In this document: positions 27,960 through 34,970 of the stretch, one piece after another
Position numbering within the stretch: position 1 is the first letter of the stretch
Layout: each line of letters opens with the position of its first letter
NCBI GenBank assembly: GCA_001821015.1
Contig: MHRQ01000012.1
Location: forward strand, 3,459-38,428
Length of the DNA stretch: 34,970 bases
Reading direction: 5' to 3'
DNA from: Candidatus Taylorbacteria bacterium RIFCSPHIGHO2_02_FULL_46_13
GTDB lineage: Bacteria > Patescibacteriota > Minisyncoccia > Phycocordibacterales > DSPV01
Notes under the pieces: model-generated
Told to the model about the DNA's origin: nothing
What the model saw: the letters and a program-made list of their open reading frames with translations, nothing else
Databases searched by the model: none
Made by a program: the position numbers and the translations under genes

Positions 27960-29489
27960 TTACATTTGCCGCTTGAAATAGTGTTCTGCAAAATCTTTGG
28001 CTGCGGCCGAAAGAGCCTCGTCGCTCTCTTTGGCAAGCTCACCGGACATTCTCATATTCTGCAGAATGTTGGAATGTCGTTCGTGGAGGAATTTGATAAA
28101 TTCTTTTTCAAATCGCTGTACGTCTTTGACGTCAACGCCGTCCTGAAATCCACGTACTACCGAGTAGATGGAGGCCACTTGCTCTTCAAACGGCATGTTG
28201 TAGTACTGGTCTTGCTTGAGAAGTTCGGTGAGTCTGCGGCCGCGGTCAAGCTTTTTCTTTGTGCCTGCGTCTAGGTCTTGACCGAATTGCGCGAAGGCGG
28301 CAAGCTCACGGAACTGCGCGAGCTCTAATCGCATCGTGCCGGCCACTTTCTTCATAGCTTTTGTTTGTGCCGCCGATCCGACGCGCGAAACCGAGAGTCC
28401 GACGTTGAGCGCAGGGCGGACACCTTGGTAGAACAATTCTGGTTCAAGATAGATTTGCCCGTCGGTAATAGAGATGACGTTGGTTGGAATGTAGGCCGAG
28501 ACGTCGGAGAGCTGGGTTTCAATGATGGGGAGGGCTGTTAGGGAGCCTCCGCCATACTCTTTTGACATTTTAGCAGCGCGCTCCAAAAGGCGTGAGTGCA
28601 GATAGAAAATATCACCCGGATATGCTTCGCGGCCGGGTGGGCGGCGCAAGAGGAGCGAAATTTCGCGATAGGCGACGGCGTGTTTGGAAAGATCATCGTA
28701 CACAATAAGCGCATCCTTGCCCTGGTCCATAAAGAATTCACCGATAGCACAGCCTGTGTAGGGGGCGAGGTATTGCAAAGGAGCAGGAGCGGAGGCAGGA
28801 GCCGTCACGACAATGGTGTATTCCATCGCACCGTGTTTTTTGAGTTGTTCTACGATTTGCGCGACTTTAGATTCCTTTTGCCCGATAGCGACATAGATGC
28901 AGATTACTTTTTTTTCTTTACGCTGATTGATGATGGTGTCTATCGCGATAGAAGTTTTTCCGGTTTGGCGGTCGCCGATGATAAGCTCGCGCTGGCCACG
29001 ACCGATAGGAATCATGGCATCAATCGCTTTGATACCGGTATGCAAAGGTGAGTTGACTCCTGATCGTGTGATGACACCCGAGGCGATTTTCTCAAGCGGG
29101 TAACGCTTCATGGTCTCAGTCTTCCATGCGGGTCCGCCGTCAACGGGGTTGCCGAGTGCGTCAACGACGCGCCCGATGAGAGCTTCAGAAACTGCGACTG
29201 AAAGCACGTTTCCGGTGCCTTTAACCGTCTGGCCTTCGCGCACCGCGTCTTTTTCGCCGAGGATAACGGCCTTGAGAGACGATTCTTCCAAGTTGAGTGC
29301 CATGCCAAGCACTGGCTTTCCGCCGGTTTCAAATTCTATAAGCTCGGAATACATTACGGACGAAAGTCCACGGATTTCCGCGACGCCATCTCCGACGCGC
29401 ATGACCGTGCCGACATGTTCAAGTTTCGCACCGGTGGTAATACCGGCGATTTCGTCTTTGAGTTGTTTTATAATTGTGTCTTTGTCCAT
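27960..29489 (-). CDS. atpA: ATP synthase alpha subunit
   Basis: [20 protein letters not shown] and [10 protein letters not shown] motifs. Confidence 0.98.
   Translation of the reverse strand: MDKDTIIKQLKDEIAGITTGAKLEHVGTVMRVGDGVAEIRGLSSVMYSELIEFETGGKPVLGMALNLEESSLKAVILGEKDAVREGQTVKGTGNVLSVAVSEALIGRVVDALGNPVDGGPAWKTETMKRYPLEKIASGVITRSGVNSPLHTGIKAIDAMIPIGRGQRELIIGDRQTGKTSIAIDTIINQRKEKKVICIYVAIGQKESKVAQIVEQLKKHGAMEYTIVVTAPASAPAPLQYLAPYTGCAIGEFFMDQGKDALIVYDDLSKHAVAYREISLLLRRPPGREAYPGDIFYLHSRLLERAAKMSKEYGGGSLTALPIIETQLSDVSAYIPTNVISITDGQIYLEPELFYQGVRPALNVGLSVSRVGSAAQTKAMKKVAGTMRLELAQFRELAAFAQFGQDLDAGTKKKLDRGRRLTELLKQDQYYNMPFEEQVASIYSVVRGFQDGVDVKDVQRFEKEFIKFLHERHSNILQNMRMSGELAKESDEALSAAAKDFAEHYFKRQM
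28045..28078. repeat. Imperfect copy of the palindrome inside atpA
   Basis: GACATTCTCATATTCTGCAGAATGTTGGAATGTC; encodes [10 protein letters not shown]. Confidence 0.85.
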
Positions 29490-29510
29490 ATTCCGTTTCT
29501 ATTAATTTTT

Positions 29511-29891
29511 TTATCTTTGCACGGCTTGTTTTAATTCATTCATACGTCTCTGTACGGTGTTATCAATTCTCCAGTCGCCGATAGTAATACGTGCGCCCTC
29601 TCCAACTGTGGAGTCTATTTTTTCTATAAGTTCTATCTCCGTGCCAACCAATTCTTTGAGAGTCTTTGCTTTTACTTGCCCCGTACGTGTGCTCGTTACT
29701 TCTACCGGAGTGATACCTTTTTGTATATACCACTGGCGTTCAAATTCTGCCAAAATCGCTCTTAGCTGTGATGTTTTTCCATGAGCAACCAATGTTTGAG
29801 CAAATTTCTTTACGGTCTCTTTGTCATGCTTTGGGTCAGCTTCCACAAGTTCGTAAAGCGTTTTTGCGTATTGTATGGGAGTGTATTTCAT
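29511..29891 (-). CDS. atpH: ATP synthase delta subunit
   Basis: YAKTL N-terminus and G.RITIGD.RIDNT C-terminus; lies between atpF and atpA. Confidence 0.85.
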   Translation of the reverse strand: MKYTPIQYAKTLYELVEADPKHDKETVKKFAQTLVAHGKTSQLRAILAEFERQWYIQKGITPVEVTSTRTGQVKAKTLKELVGTEIELIEKIDSTVGEGARITIGDWRIDNTVQRRMNELKQAVQR

Positions 29892-30400
29892 TGTGTTGCG
29901 GAAGTTTTTATGTGTATAAGTGCCTGTTCCACCAGTTTATGACTTGTCTTTTCATCCATGACATCACCGACGGTTTTCTCAACTGCCACCGCGACCGTTT
30001 CTCCTAGATGTCGAGTCGCTTCCTGCATCAGCTTGTCTCGTTCGCGCGTCATCTTCACGCGCTCCTCGCTGGAAAGTCGCGTCATATCGGCTTTTGCGTC
30101 AGCAACGATTCGATCGGCGACCGCCGCCGCGTCGGCCTCGGCTTTTTTGATGAGCTCCACTGATTTGCGCCGTGCCTCTTCAAGTTTCGCCTCTTTAGCG
30201 TCTTCTATATCTCTAAGACGTTGTTCTATTTCCTTTGCACCGCCATGTGCTTTTGCGATTTCATCTCTGCGTTTGTTGAGCATACCGATAAGCGGCTTGT
30301 ACAGAAATTTTTGCAAAATGAAAAGCAGAATGGCGAAATTAATCATTTGCGCCAAAAGTATTTTCCAGTTAATGCCGAGGTTGCTGAACAGTTCTGTCAC
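29888..30400 (-). CDS. atpF: ATP synthase subunit b
   Basis: GINWKILLAQMINFAILLFIL.KFLYKP...RR followed by a coiled coil. Confidence 0.95.
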   Translation of the reverse strand: MTELFSNLGINWKILLAQMINFAILLFILQKFLYKPLIGMLNKRRDEIAKAHGGAKEIEQRLRDIEDAKEAKLEEARRKSVELIKKAEADAAAVADRIVADAKADMTRLSSEERVKMTRERDKLMQEATRHLGETVAVAVEKTVGDVMDEKTSHKLVEQALIHIKTSATQ

Positions 30401-30427
30401 GATATTTTTTGATTTTGCAGTACCATC

Positions 30428-30461
30428 TTCATTCTCAAATTCTTGAGAATTTGAGAATGAA
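30428..30461. repeat. Intergenic copy of the palindrome between atpE and atpF
   Basis: TTCATTCTCAAATTCT-tg-AGAATTTGAGAATGAA. Confidence 0.85.
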
Positions 30462-30466
30462 TGTGG

Positions 30467-30700
<234 letters not shown>

Positions 30701-30725
30701 TTACTAATAACGTACTAATAAATGC

Positions 30726-30818
30726 TTAGTCCCAGCTAGAATTCGGATGCGGAAAGACAAGATTCTTCTCTGTCCGCATCCTACTTCTAGCCACTGCCCA
30801 TTACAGTGGGATAACTAA
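30726..30818 (-). ncRNA. Putative structured 5' leader of the atpE operon
   Basis: Nested stems GCTAGAA/TTCTAGC, GGATGCGGA/TCCGCATCC and CACTG/CAGTG; closing stem TCCCA/TGGGA plus TTAG/CTAA. Confidence 0.5.
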
Positions 30819-30847
30819 AAACGTGCTCAACCACCTCGTTTGCCACT

Positions 30848-30876
30848 ATCATACTGTATTTATGAATAGATTTCAA
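30848..30876 (-). promoter_or_regulatory. Sigma70 promoter for the atpE operon
   Basis: Minus strand TTGAAA-17-TATGAT. Confidence 0.7.
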
Positions 30877-30926
30877 CACACACATATGTTCCAATCGGCT
30901 TGTATGGTTTGTGCTAGAATGAAACT

Positions 30927-33308
30927 ATGTCCAGAAATGAAAAGTGGACAGAGAATTTTGTCCGCAAAAGACTGGCTTCCGTTGGTATTACGGATGAGGG
31001 GGGCTTTGTGGTAGATGAACAAAAGAGCGATAATCCCCGCGTTGAGAAATTATTGAAAAGCGCAAGTAAATCTGGTAACAGTGTAGGCAAGCCGGAGTTT
31101 TTGATTTCTCACAAAAAGGCCAATAAAGATTTTCTGATAGTCATAGAGTGCAAAGCTTTGACCAAAAACCATGTTTCTGAGACCAGAGACCAATACAAAG
31201 ATTTTGCAGTTGATGGAGTGTTGTTGTATGCGTCGCATTTGGCAAAGGAGTTCAATGTAATTGCAGTTGCAGTCAGCGGGCAATCAGAGCAGGAAATAAA
31301 GATTGATACCTTTCTAAATCCAAAAGGGGTAGGATCGGCAACTGTTTTAACCGATGAAAAGAAAGTTCCAGTAAAGCAAGTTGTCTCTTGGGAGGACTAC
31401 ATACGTTATGCAACGTATGATGAAAATCTGGCGCAAGCGAGGAAAAGTGGTCTGAATAAGTTTTCACGCGACCTCCACGATTACATGCGCGATTATGCAA
31501 AAATCACAGAGGCGCAAAAACCACTCTTAGTCAGCGGGGTGCTTATTGCTCTCATGGAAGAAGGTTTTAGGAGAGCATATTCCACGTACGAGAAACAAGA
31601 CTTGGCGAAGAAGACCTTTGAAGTGATACGAGACAAAATTAAAAAGGCACAACTTGGTGCCAACCAAGAAGAAAAGAAAAAAGCGGTTATTAACGCGTTC
31701 AGTTTTATTGAGCACCACCCCGAACTTCAGAAATTTGATAAAAAGAGGAATGAATCTCCGCTTGCCCACATTGTGAGAGACATTGACGAGAAGGTGAGAC
31801 CTTTTACCCAAGACCCCAATCACTATGATTATGACGTCATCGGTAATTTTTATGGTGAGTTTATCCGCTATACAGGTGGAGACGGAAAAGGACTTGGTAT
31901 TGTTTTGACGCCGAAACACATCACGGACATGTTTGCCGACTTAGCAAAACTCAATAAAAATTCGGTTGTGCTGGATACATGTTGCGGAACCGGCGGATTT
32001 CTTATTTCTGCCATGAAAAAGATGACAGAGGGACTTGATGAGAGAGAGCAGGTAAAGATTCTTGAAAACTCGCTTTTCGGTGTTGAACAAGAGCCGAATA
32101 TGTTTGCGCTTGCCGTCTCTAACATGATTTTGCGCGGCGATGGCAAGACGAATTTATATCAAGGGGACTGTTTTGACGAGGAGATTTTCAAACAGGTGAA
32201 AGGAAAGGCGACCGCCGGATTCATTAATCCTCCGTTCTCACAGAGAGGCGATGATCGTCATGAGTGGAACTATGTCATTACCTTACTTGACGCGCTACAA
32301 AAAAATGCAACGGGTATCGTGATTGTCCCGATGCAACTTGCTATTGATCAAAACCAACTCCGTGAACGGCTCCTGAAAGAACATCGTTTGGAAGCAGTGA
32401 TGAGTATGCCAAATGACCTTTTTTATCCAATAGGGATTGTGTCCTGCGTTATGGTATTTACCGCCCATGTTCCACATGATAGTGATAAGCATCACGAGAC
32501 GTGGTTCGGTTCTTGGAAAGATGATGGGTTTAGAAAAGATCGTAATGAAGGTCGAATCCCTACATCTCGCTGGCTTGAGATCAGAGAAAAATGGATTGAA
32601 ATGTTTCGCCGAAAAGAGATTGCAGGCAAGAGTGTTTGGAAAAGAGTCGTTGTAAATGATGAATGGTGTGCTGAGGCATATCTAGAGACAGATTATTCTG
32701 TTTTAGACGATAAAGACTTCAAGCAGGTTGTTCTTACCTATATTGCCTATAAGGTTAGAGGTGGTAGTTTGTCTTTTGTTAAAGAATTTCTTGGTAAGTC
32801 GGCTAAGCAGAAATTAATATTTTCAGACCGTACATGGACATGGTTCAGGTATGAAGATTTGTTTGACGTAAAAATCGGAAAGAGTGTTGATTTAAACAAG
32901 CTTGGGCAATCAGAAGACGGCATAAATTATGTCGGTCGGACAGAAGAGAATAATGCTATAACCGCAAAGGTTTTGAATGACGGGAGTTTTATAGTGTACG
33001 AAGGAAATTGTATTACAGTGCCTATGGTTGGTAACGAGTTAAAGTCAAGTTACCAAACAGAACCATTTTGTGTCTCTCAAAACATCGCGATTTTGTACCC
33101 CAAAGGTTTTGCACTCAACCTGTATAACGCGCAGTTTCTTAATACCATTATCAGGAGAGATGCTTTTCGTTTTGCGTATGGAAGGACCTTGAGTTTGGAC
33201 AGATTGAGGATGTTGAAAATTAAACTCCCTGTAAGCAAAAAGGGAGATCCCGATTGGCAATTTATGGACGACTATATAAAATCTCTGTTGCATTCTTCTG
33301 CTATCTGA
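30927..33308 (+). CDS. Fused restriction-modification enzyme (nuclease + N6-adenine MTase + TRD), BcgI-like/Type IIG
   Basis: PE...IECK nuclease-like motif, GIVLTP, DTCCGTGGF and NPPF motifs; C-terminal HsdS-like segment (WTWF...LF...IKLPV...PDWQFMDDYI). Confidence 0.85.
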   Translation: MSRNEKWTENFVRKRLASVGITDEGGFVVDEQKSDNPRVEKLLKSASKSGNSVGKPEFLISHKKANKDFLIVIECKALTKNHVSETRDQYKDFAVDGVLLYASHLAKEFNVIAVAVSGQSEQEIKIDTFLNPKGVGSATVLTDEKKVPVKQVVSWEDYIRYATYDENLAQARKSGLNKFSRDLHDYMRDYAKITEAQKPLLVSGVLIALMEEGFRRAYSTYEKQDLAKKTFEVIRDKIKKAQLGANQEEKKKAVINAFSFIEHHPELQKFDKKRNESPLAHIVRDIDEKVRPFTQDPNHYDYDVIGNFYGEFIRYTGGDGKGLGIVLTPKHITDMFADLAKLNKNSVVLDTCCGTGGFLISAMKKMTEGLDEREQVKILENSLFGVEQEPNMFALAVSNMILRGDGKTNLYQGDCFDEEIFKQVKGKATAGFINPPFSQRGDDRHEWNYVITLLDALQKNATGIVIVPMQLAIDQNQLRERLLKEHRLEAVMSMPNDLFYPIGIVSCVMVFTAHVPHDSDKHHETWFGSWKDDGFRKDRNEGRIPTSRWLEIREKWIEMFRRKEIAGKSVWKRVVVNDEWCAEAYLETDYSVLDDKDFKQVVLTYIAYKVRGGSLSFVKEFLGKSAKQKLIFSDRTWTWFRYEDLFDVKIGKSVDLNKLGQSEDGINYVGRTEENNAITAKVLNDGSFIVYEGNCITVPMVGNELKSSYQTEPFCVSQNIAILYPKGFALNLYNAQFLNTIIRRDAFRFAYGRTLSLDRLRMLKIKLPVSKKGDPDWQFMDDYIKSLLHSSAI

Positions 33309-33310
33309 GA

Positions 33311-33425
33311 TTAGTGGGCTTCGGCGCGCGTGAATGAGGAGAAGGCAAGCATGGCGAGGACTGCAAAGATAATAGCCTGGATGAAGCCGATGAAATAAAG
33401 ATTGTTGAGCAAGTAAAATAAAAGT
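33311..33425 (-). repeat. AtpB-like 3'-end fragment plus shared tag, copy 1 (att-like)
   Basis: Encodes FIGFIQAIIFAVLAMLAFSSFTRAEAH*; 33348-33408 is identical to 34475-34535. Confidence 0.85.
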
Positions 33426-33546
33426 CCTGCAACTGTAGGACTTTTATAAGCGAGGTGCACCTTTCTAGCGCCGTAGGTGAGAAAAAAACGCAAGCATAAA
33501 AAAACGGCACACAATTTTGTGCGTGCCGTGTGTAGCGAACACCAAC

Positions 33547-33738
33547 TCATCTCGCGTGGTGGTTACTAATGGTTACCAAGGTGAATGCCCATGCGAGCAG
33601 GCCCGCAATGATAAACATCATGATAGTCCACATGATCGCTTTTATGGGGTACATCCTCCGGCGGTGCTCGATTTCTTCATCAAGGTAGTCAAGCGCCGAG
33701 TTTTCTTTTGGGTGCTGAACTGTATCGTTTGTTTGCAT
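33547..33738 (-). CDS. Small single-TM hypothetical protein (63 aa)
   Basis: ATG at 33738 with SD-like AAGGGGGG; hairpin and T-run downstream (~33497-33530). Confidence 0.6.
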   Translation of the reverse strand: MQTNDTVQHPKENSALDYLDEEIEHRRRMYPIKAIMWTIMMFIIAGLLAWAFTLVTISNHHAR

Positions 33739-33757
33739 TTTCCCCCCCTTCTTAATT

Positions 33758-34228
33758 TTATGGGTTAATGAGGTTGGCCACCAAAAGGTAAAGCCATAGC
33801 AAAAAGAGAATCGCGTACACAATCGTAAGTCCATCTATCCCCCGCGCGATTTTCCTGACGCCTTGAGGCAGGAAAAATTCTTCCGTGAGGCGATGGAAAA
33901 ATCCATCTATCGCACCGAAGCTGAACTCAAGCTCTGTGCCACGCCGCATAGTTTTCAGCAAGAACATGACGGTTCGCTCTTCTATCCACATGATGGCAAT
34001 GGTAGTATGTAGACCGACAAGTGCAATGATAAGTGCTCCCGCTCCTTTTCCCGTCGTGGCTTTTCCTACCTGCATGTAAAAAGTGAACAATGCTGATTGA
34101 AGCCCTACGGCAAATGCCGCCACAATAAAGCGCAGACTCGCAAAGAATTTCCAAGCCTCCGCTACCACACCGTACTCCGTACGGAAGTTTTCCTGCCGAT
34201 TCTCATCCGTACTTTTTCCGTTACTCAT
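33758..34228 (-). CDS. Three-TM hypothetical protein
   Basis: 156 aa, SD AAAGGAG, own promoter. Confidence 0.7.
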   Translation of the reverse strand: MSNGKSTDENRQENFRTEYGVVAEAWKFFASLRFIVAAFAVGLQSALFTFYMQVGKATTGKGAGALIIALVGLHTTIAIMWIEERTVMFLLKTMRRGTELEFSFGAIDGFFHRLTEEFFLPQGVRKIARGIDGLTIVYAILFLLWLYLLVANLINP

Positions 34229-34282
34229 TAGTAGCTCCTTTCTAGGTTTTCAAAGGACAAAGTCCTCTCTCTTTCTGCGCGA

Positions 34283-34311
34283 AGAATACCCGCAGGGGTA
34301 TAGTTTGTCAA
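34283..34311 (-). promoter_or_regulatory. Sigma70 promoter for 33758..34228
   Basis: Minus strand TTGACA-17-TATTCT. Confidence 0.75.
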
Positions 34312-34434
34312 ATACCCAGGATGTCAGTAAGTTAGTGTGCTTCAGCGCGGGCTTGCCCGTTCGGATTCTCAACGCACTCTCACTAAAGCGAACAGGGTGT
34401 GTCCGTTACAAGAGCGGTGTTTGGTACGCTAGTG

Positions 34435-34553
34435 TTAATGTCCAGAATCCGTTCGGGTGAAGGAGGAGAACGCGAGCATGGCGAGGACTGCAAAGATAAT
34501 AGCCTGGATGAAGCCGATGAAATAAAGATTGTTGAAGAAGTAAAATAAAAAGT
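34435..34553 (-). repeat. AtpB-like 3'-end fragment plus shared tag, copy 2 (att-like)
   Basis: Encodes FIGFIQAIIFAVLAMLAFSSFTRTDSGH*; synonymous differences from copy 1. Confidence 0.85.
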
Positions 34554-34560
34554 GATTCGT

Positions 34561-34589
34561 TTGCTTAGCGTAAATTTATTTGCTATTAT
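34561..34589 (+). promoter_or_regulatory. Promoter, probably leaderless
   Basis: TTGCTT-17-(TGc)TATTAT; ATG follows 6 nt later. Confidence 0.65.
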
Positions 34590-34595
34590 AGCTGT

Positions 34596-34790
34596 ATGGC
34601 AAAAGATTGGACTAAAATATTTAAGAAATACAAGGGTCTTTGGGTTGCTCTTGCTGATGATGAGGAAACTGTGCTTGGGGCAGGAAAAACCCTCAAAGAG
34701 GCTTTTGAATTAGCGAAGAAAAAAGGTTATAAAGAACCCATAATGACTCGTATGCCAGAGGAGATAGTCTCCTTTGTCGGTGCGTTATGA
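34596..34790 (+). CDS. DUF5678-family small protein
   Basis: KYKGLWVAL......VLGAGKTLKEA...A pattern. Confidence 0.8.
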   Translation: MAKDWTKIFKKYKGLWVALADDEETVLGAGKTLKEAFELAKKKGYKEPIMTRMPEEIVSFVGAL

Positions 34791-34970
34791 AGTTTAACTA
34801 TAAGCGTTACGGTCACGTACTGCGTCCGGTTATTCCAATTAAGCTGTTGCACGCTGACAAGTCGGTCAACTACGAGGTGTTGGTAGATTCTGGTGCTGAT
34901 TTGTGTTTGTTTGAAGCCGAACTCGCAGAATTTTTAGGTATTGAAGTTAGTAAAGGATTGGCCAAAGAAG
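34787..34970 (+). CDS. Retropepsin-like aspartic protease, 3'-truncated by the window edge
   Basis: Manual translation: MKFNYKRYGHVLRPVIPIKL...VLVDSGADLCLF...AEFLGI. ATGA overlap with the DUF5678 gene. Confidence 0.8.
   Translation, partial: MKFNYKRYGHVLRPVIPIKLLHADKSVNYEVLVDSGADLCLFEAELAEFLGIEVSKGLAKE

Noticed and set aside
30726..30840. atpE leader as a lysine riboswitch or T-box
   Set aside because: It shares only a GAGGUG and an AGUA/GAA motif. There is no kissing-loop architecture or T-box sequence, and the gene context does not fit.
33311..33550. 79-aa ORF as a real gene or intact atpB
   Set aside because: Only the last ~27 codons are AtpB-like; the rest runs through terminator-like hairpins.
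34247..34262. boxA-like GTCCTTTGAAAA in the cargo leader (minus strand)
   Set aside because: A degenerate, single short match that is insufficient without comparative data.

Overview
A 35-kb stretch of bacterial chromosome. A Patescibacteria/CPR (Parcubacteria-like) origin is inferred from the gene repertoire, the short atpC and the scarcity of Shine-Dalgarno motifs; this was not checked by search. From left to right it holds: a DUF4382-like exported protein; an OmpR-type two-component pair whose regulator is frameshifted in an A6 run; a SWIB protein; a CsoR-controlled copper cluster (CPH-type P1B ATPase plus several Cys/His-rich unknowns) bracketed by a ~90-bp repeat; GIY-YIG, gmk and typA; a SAM-I riboswitch ahead of a cystathionine lyase/synthase gene; a DEAD-box helicase; secreted unknowns; a thiol-redox cluster (DipZ-like redoxin, ccdA, msrA, cupredoxin, DoxX-like, VKOR); and a minus-strand atpE-F-H-A-G-D-C operon with two foreign ORFs inserted. 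Beyond that lie a BcgI-like R-M fusion and small accessory genes. The most notable signal is that no intact atpB is present, yet two copies of an AtpB-like C-terminal coding end occur as direct repeats separating cargo genes. The copies differ by synonymous changes and each is preceded by the same ~30-bp non-atpB tag, which suggests a cassette array accreting at the atpB 3' end. Other signals: a duplicated typA 5' end, a 30-bp covarying palindrome found in frame inside atpG and atpA and also between genes, an inserted gene flanked by inverted repeats that could loop it out of the atp mRNA, and a structured atpE leader RNA.
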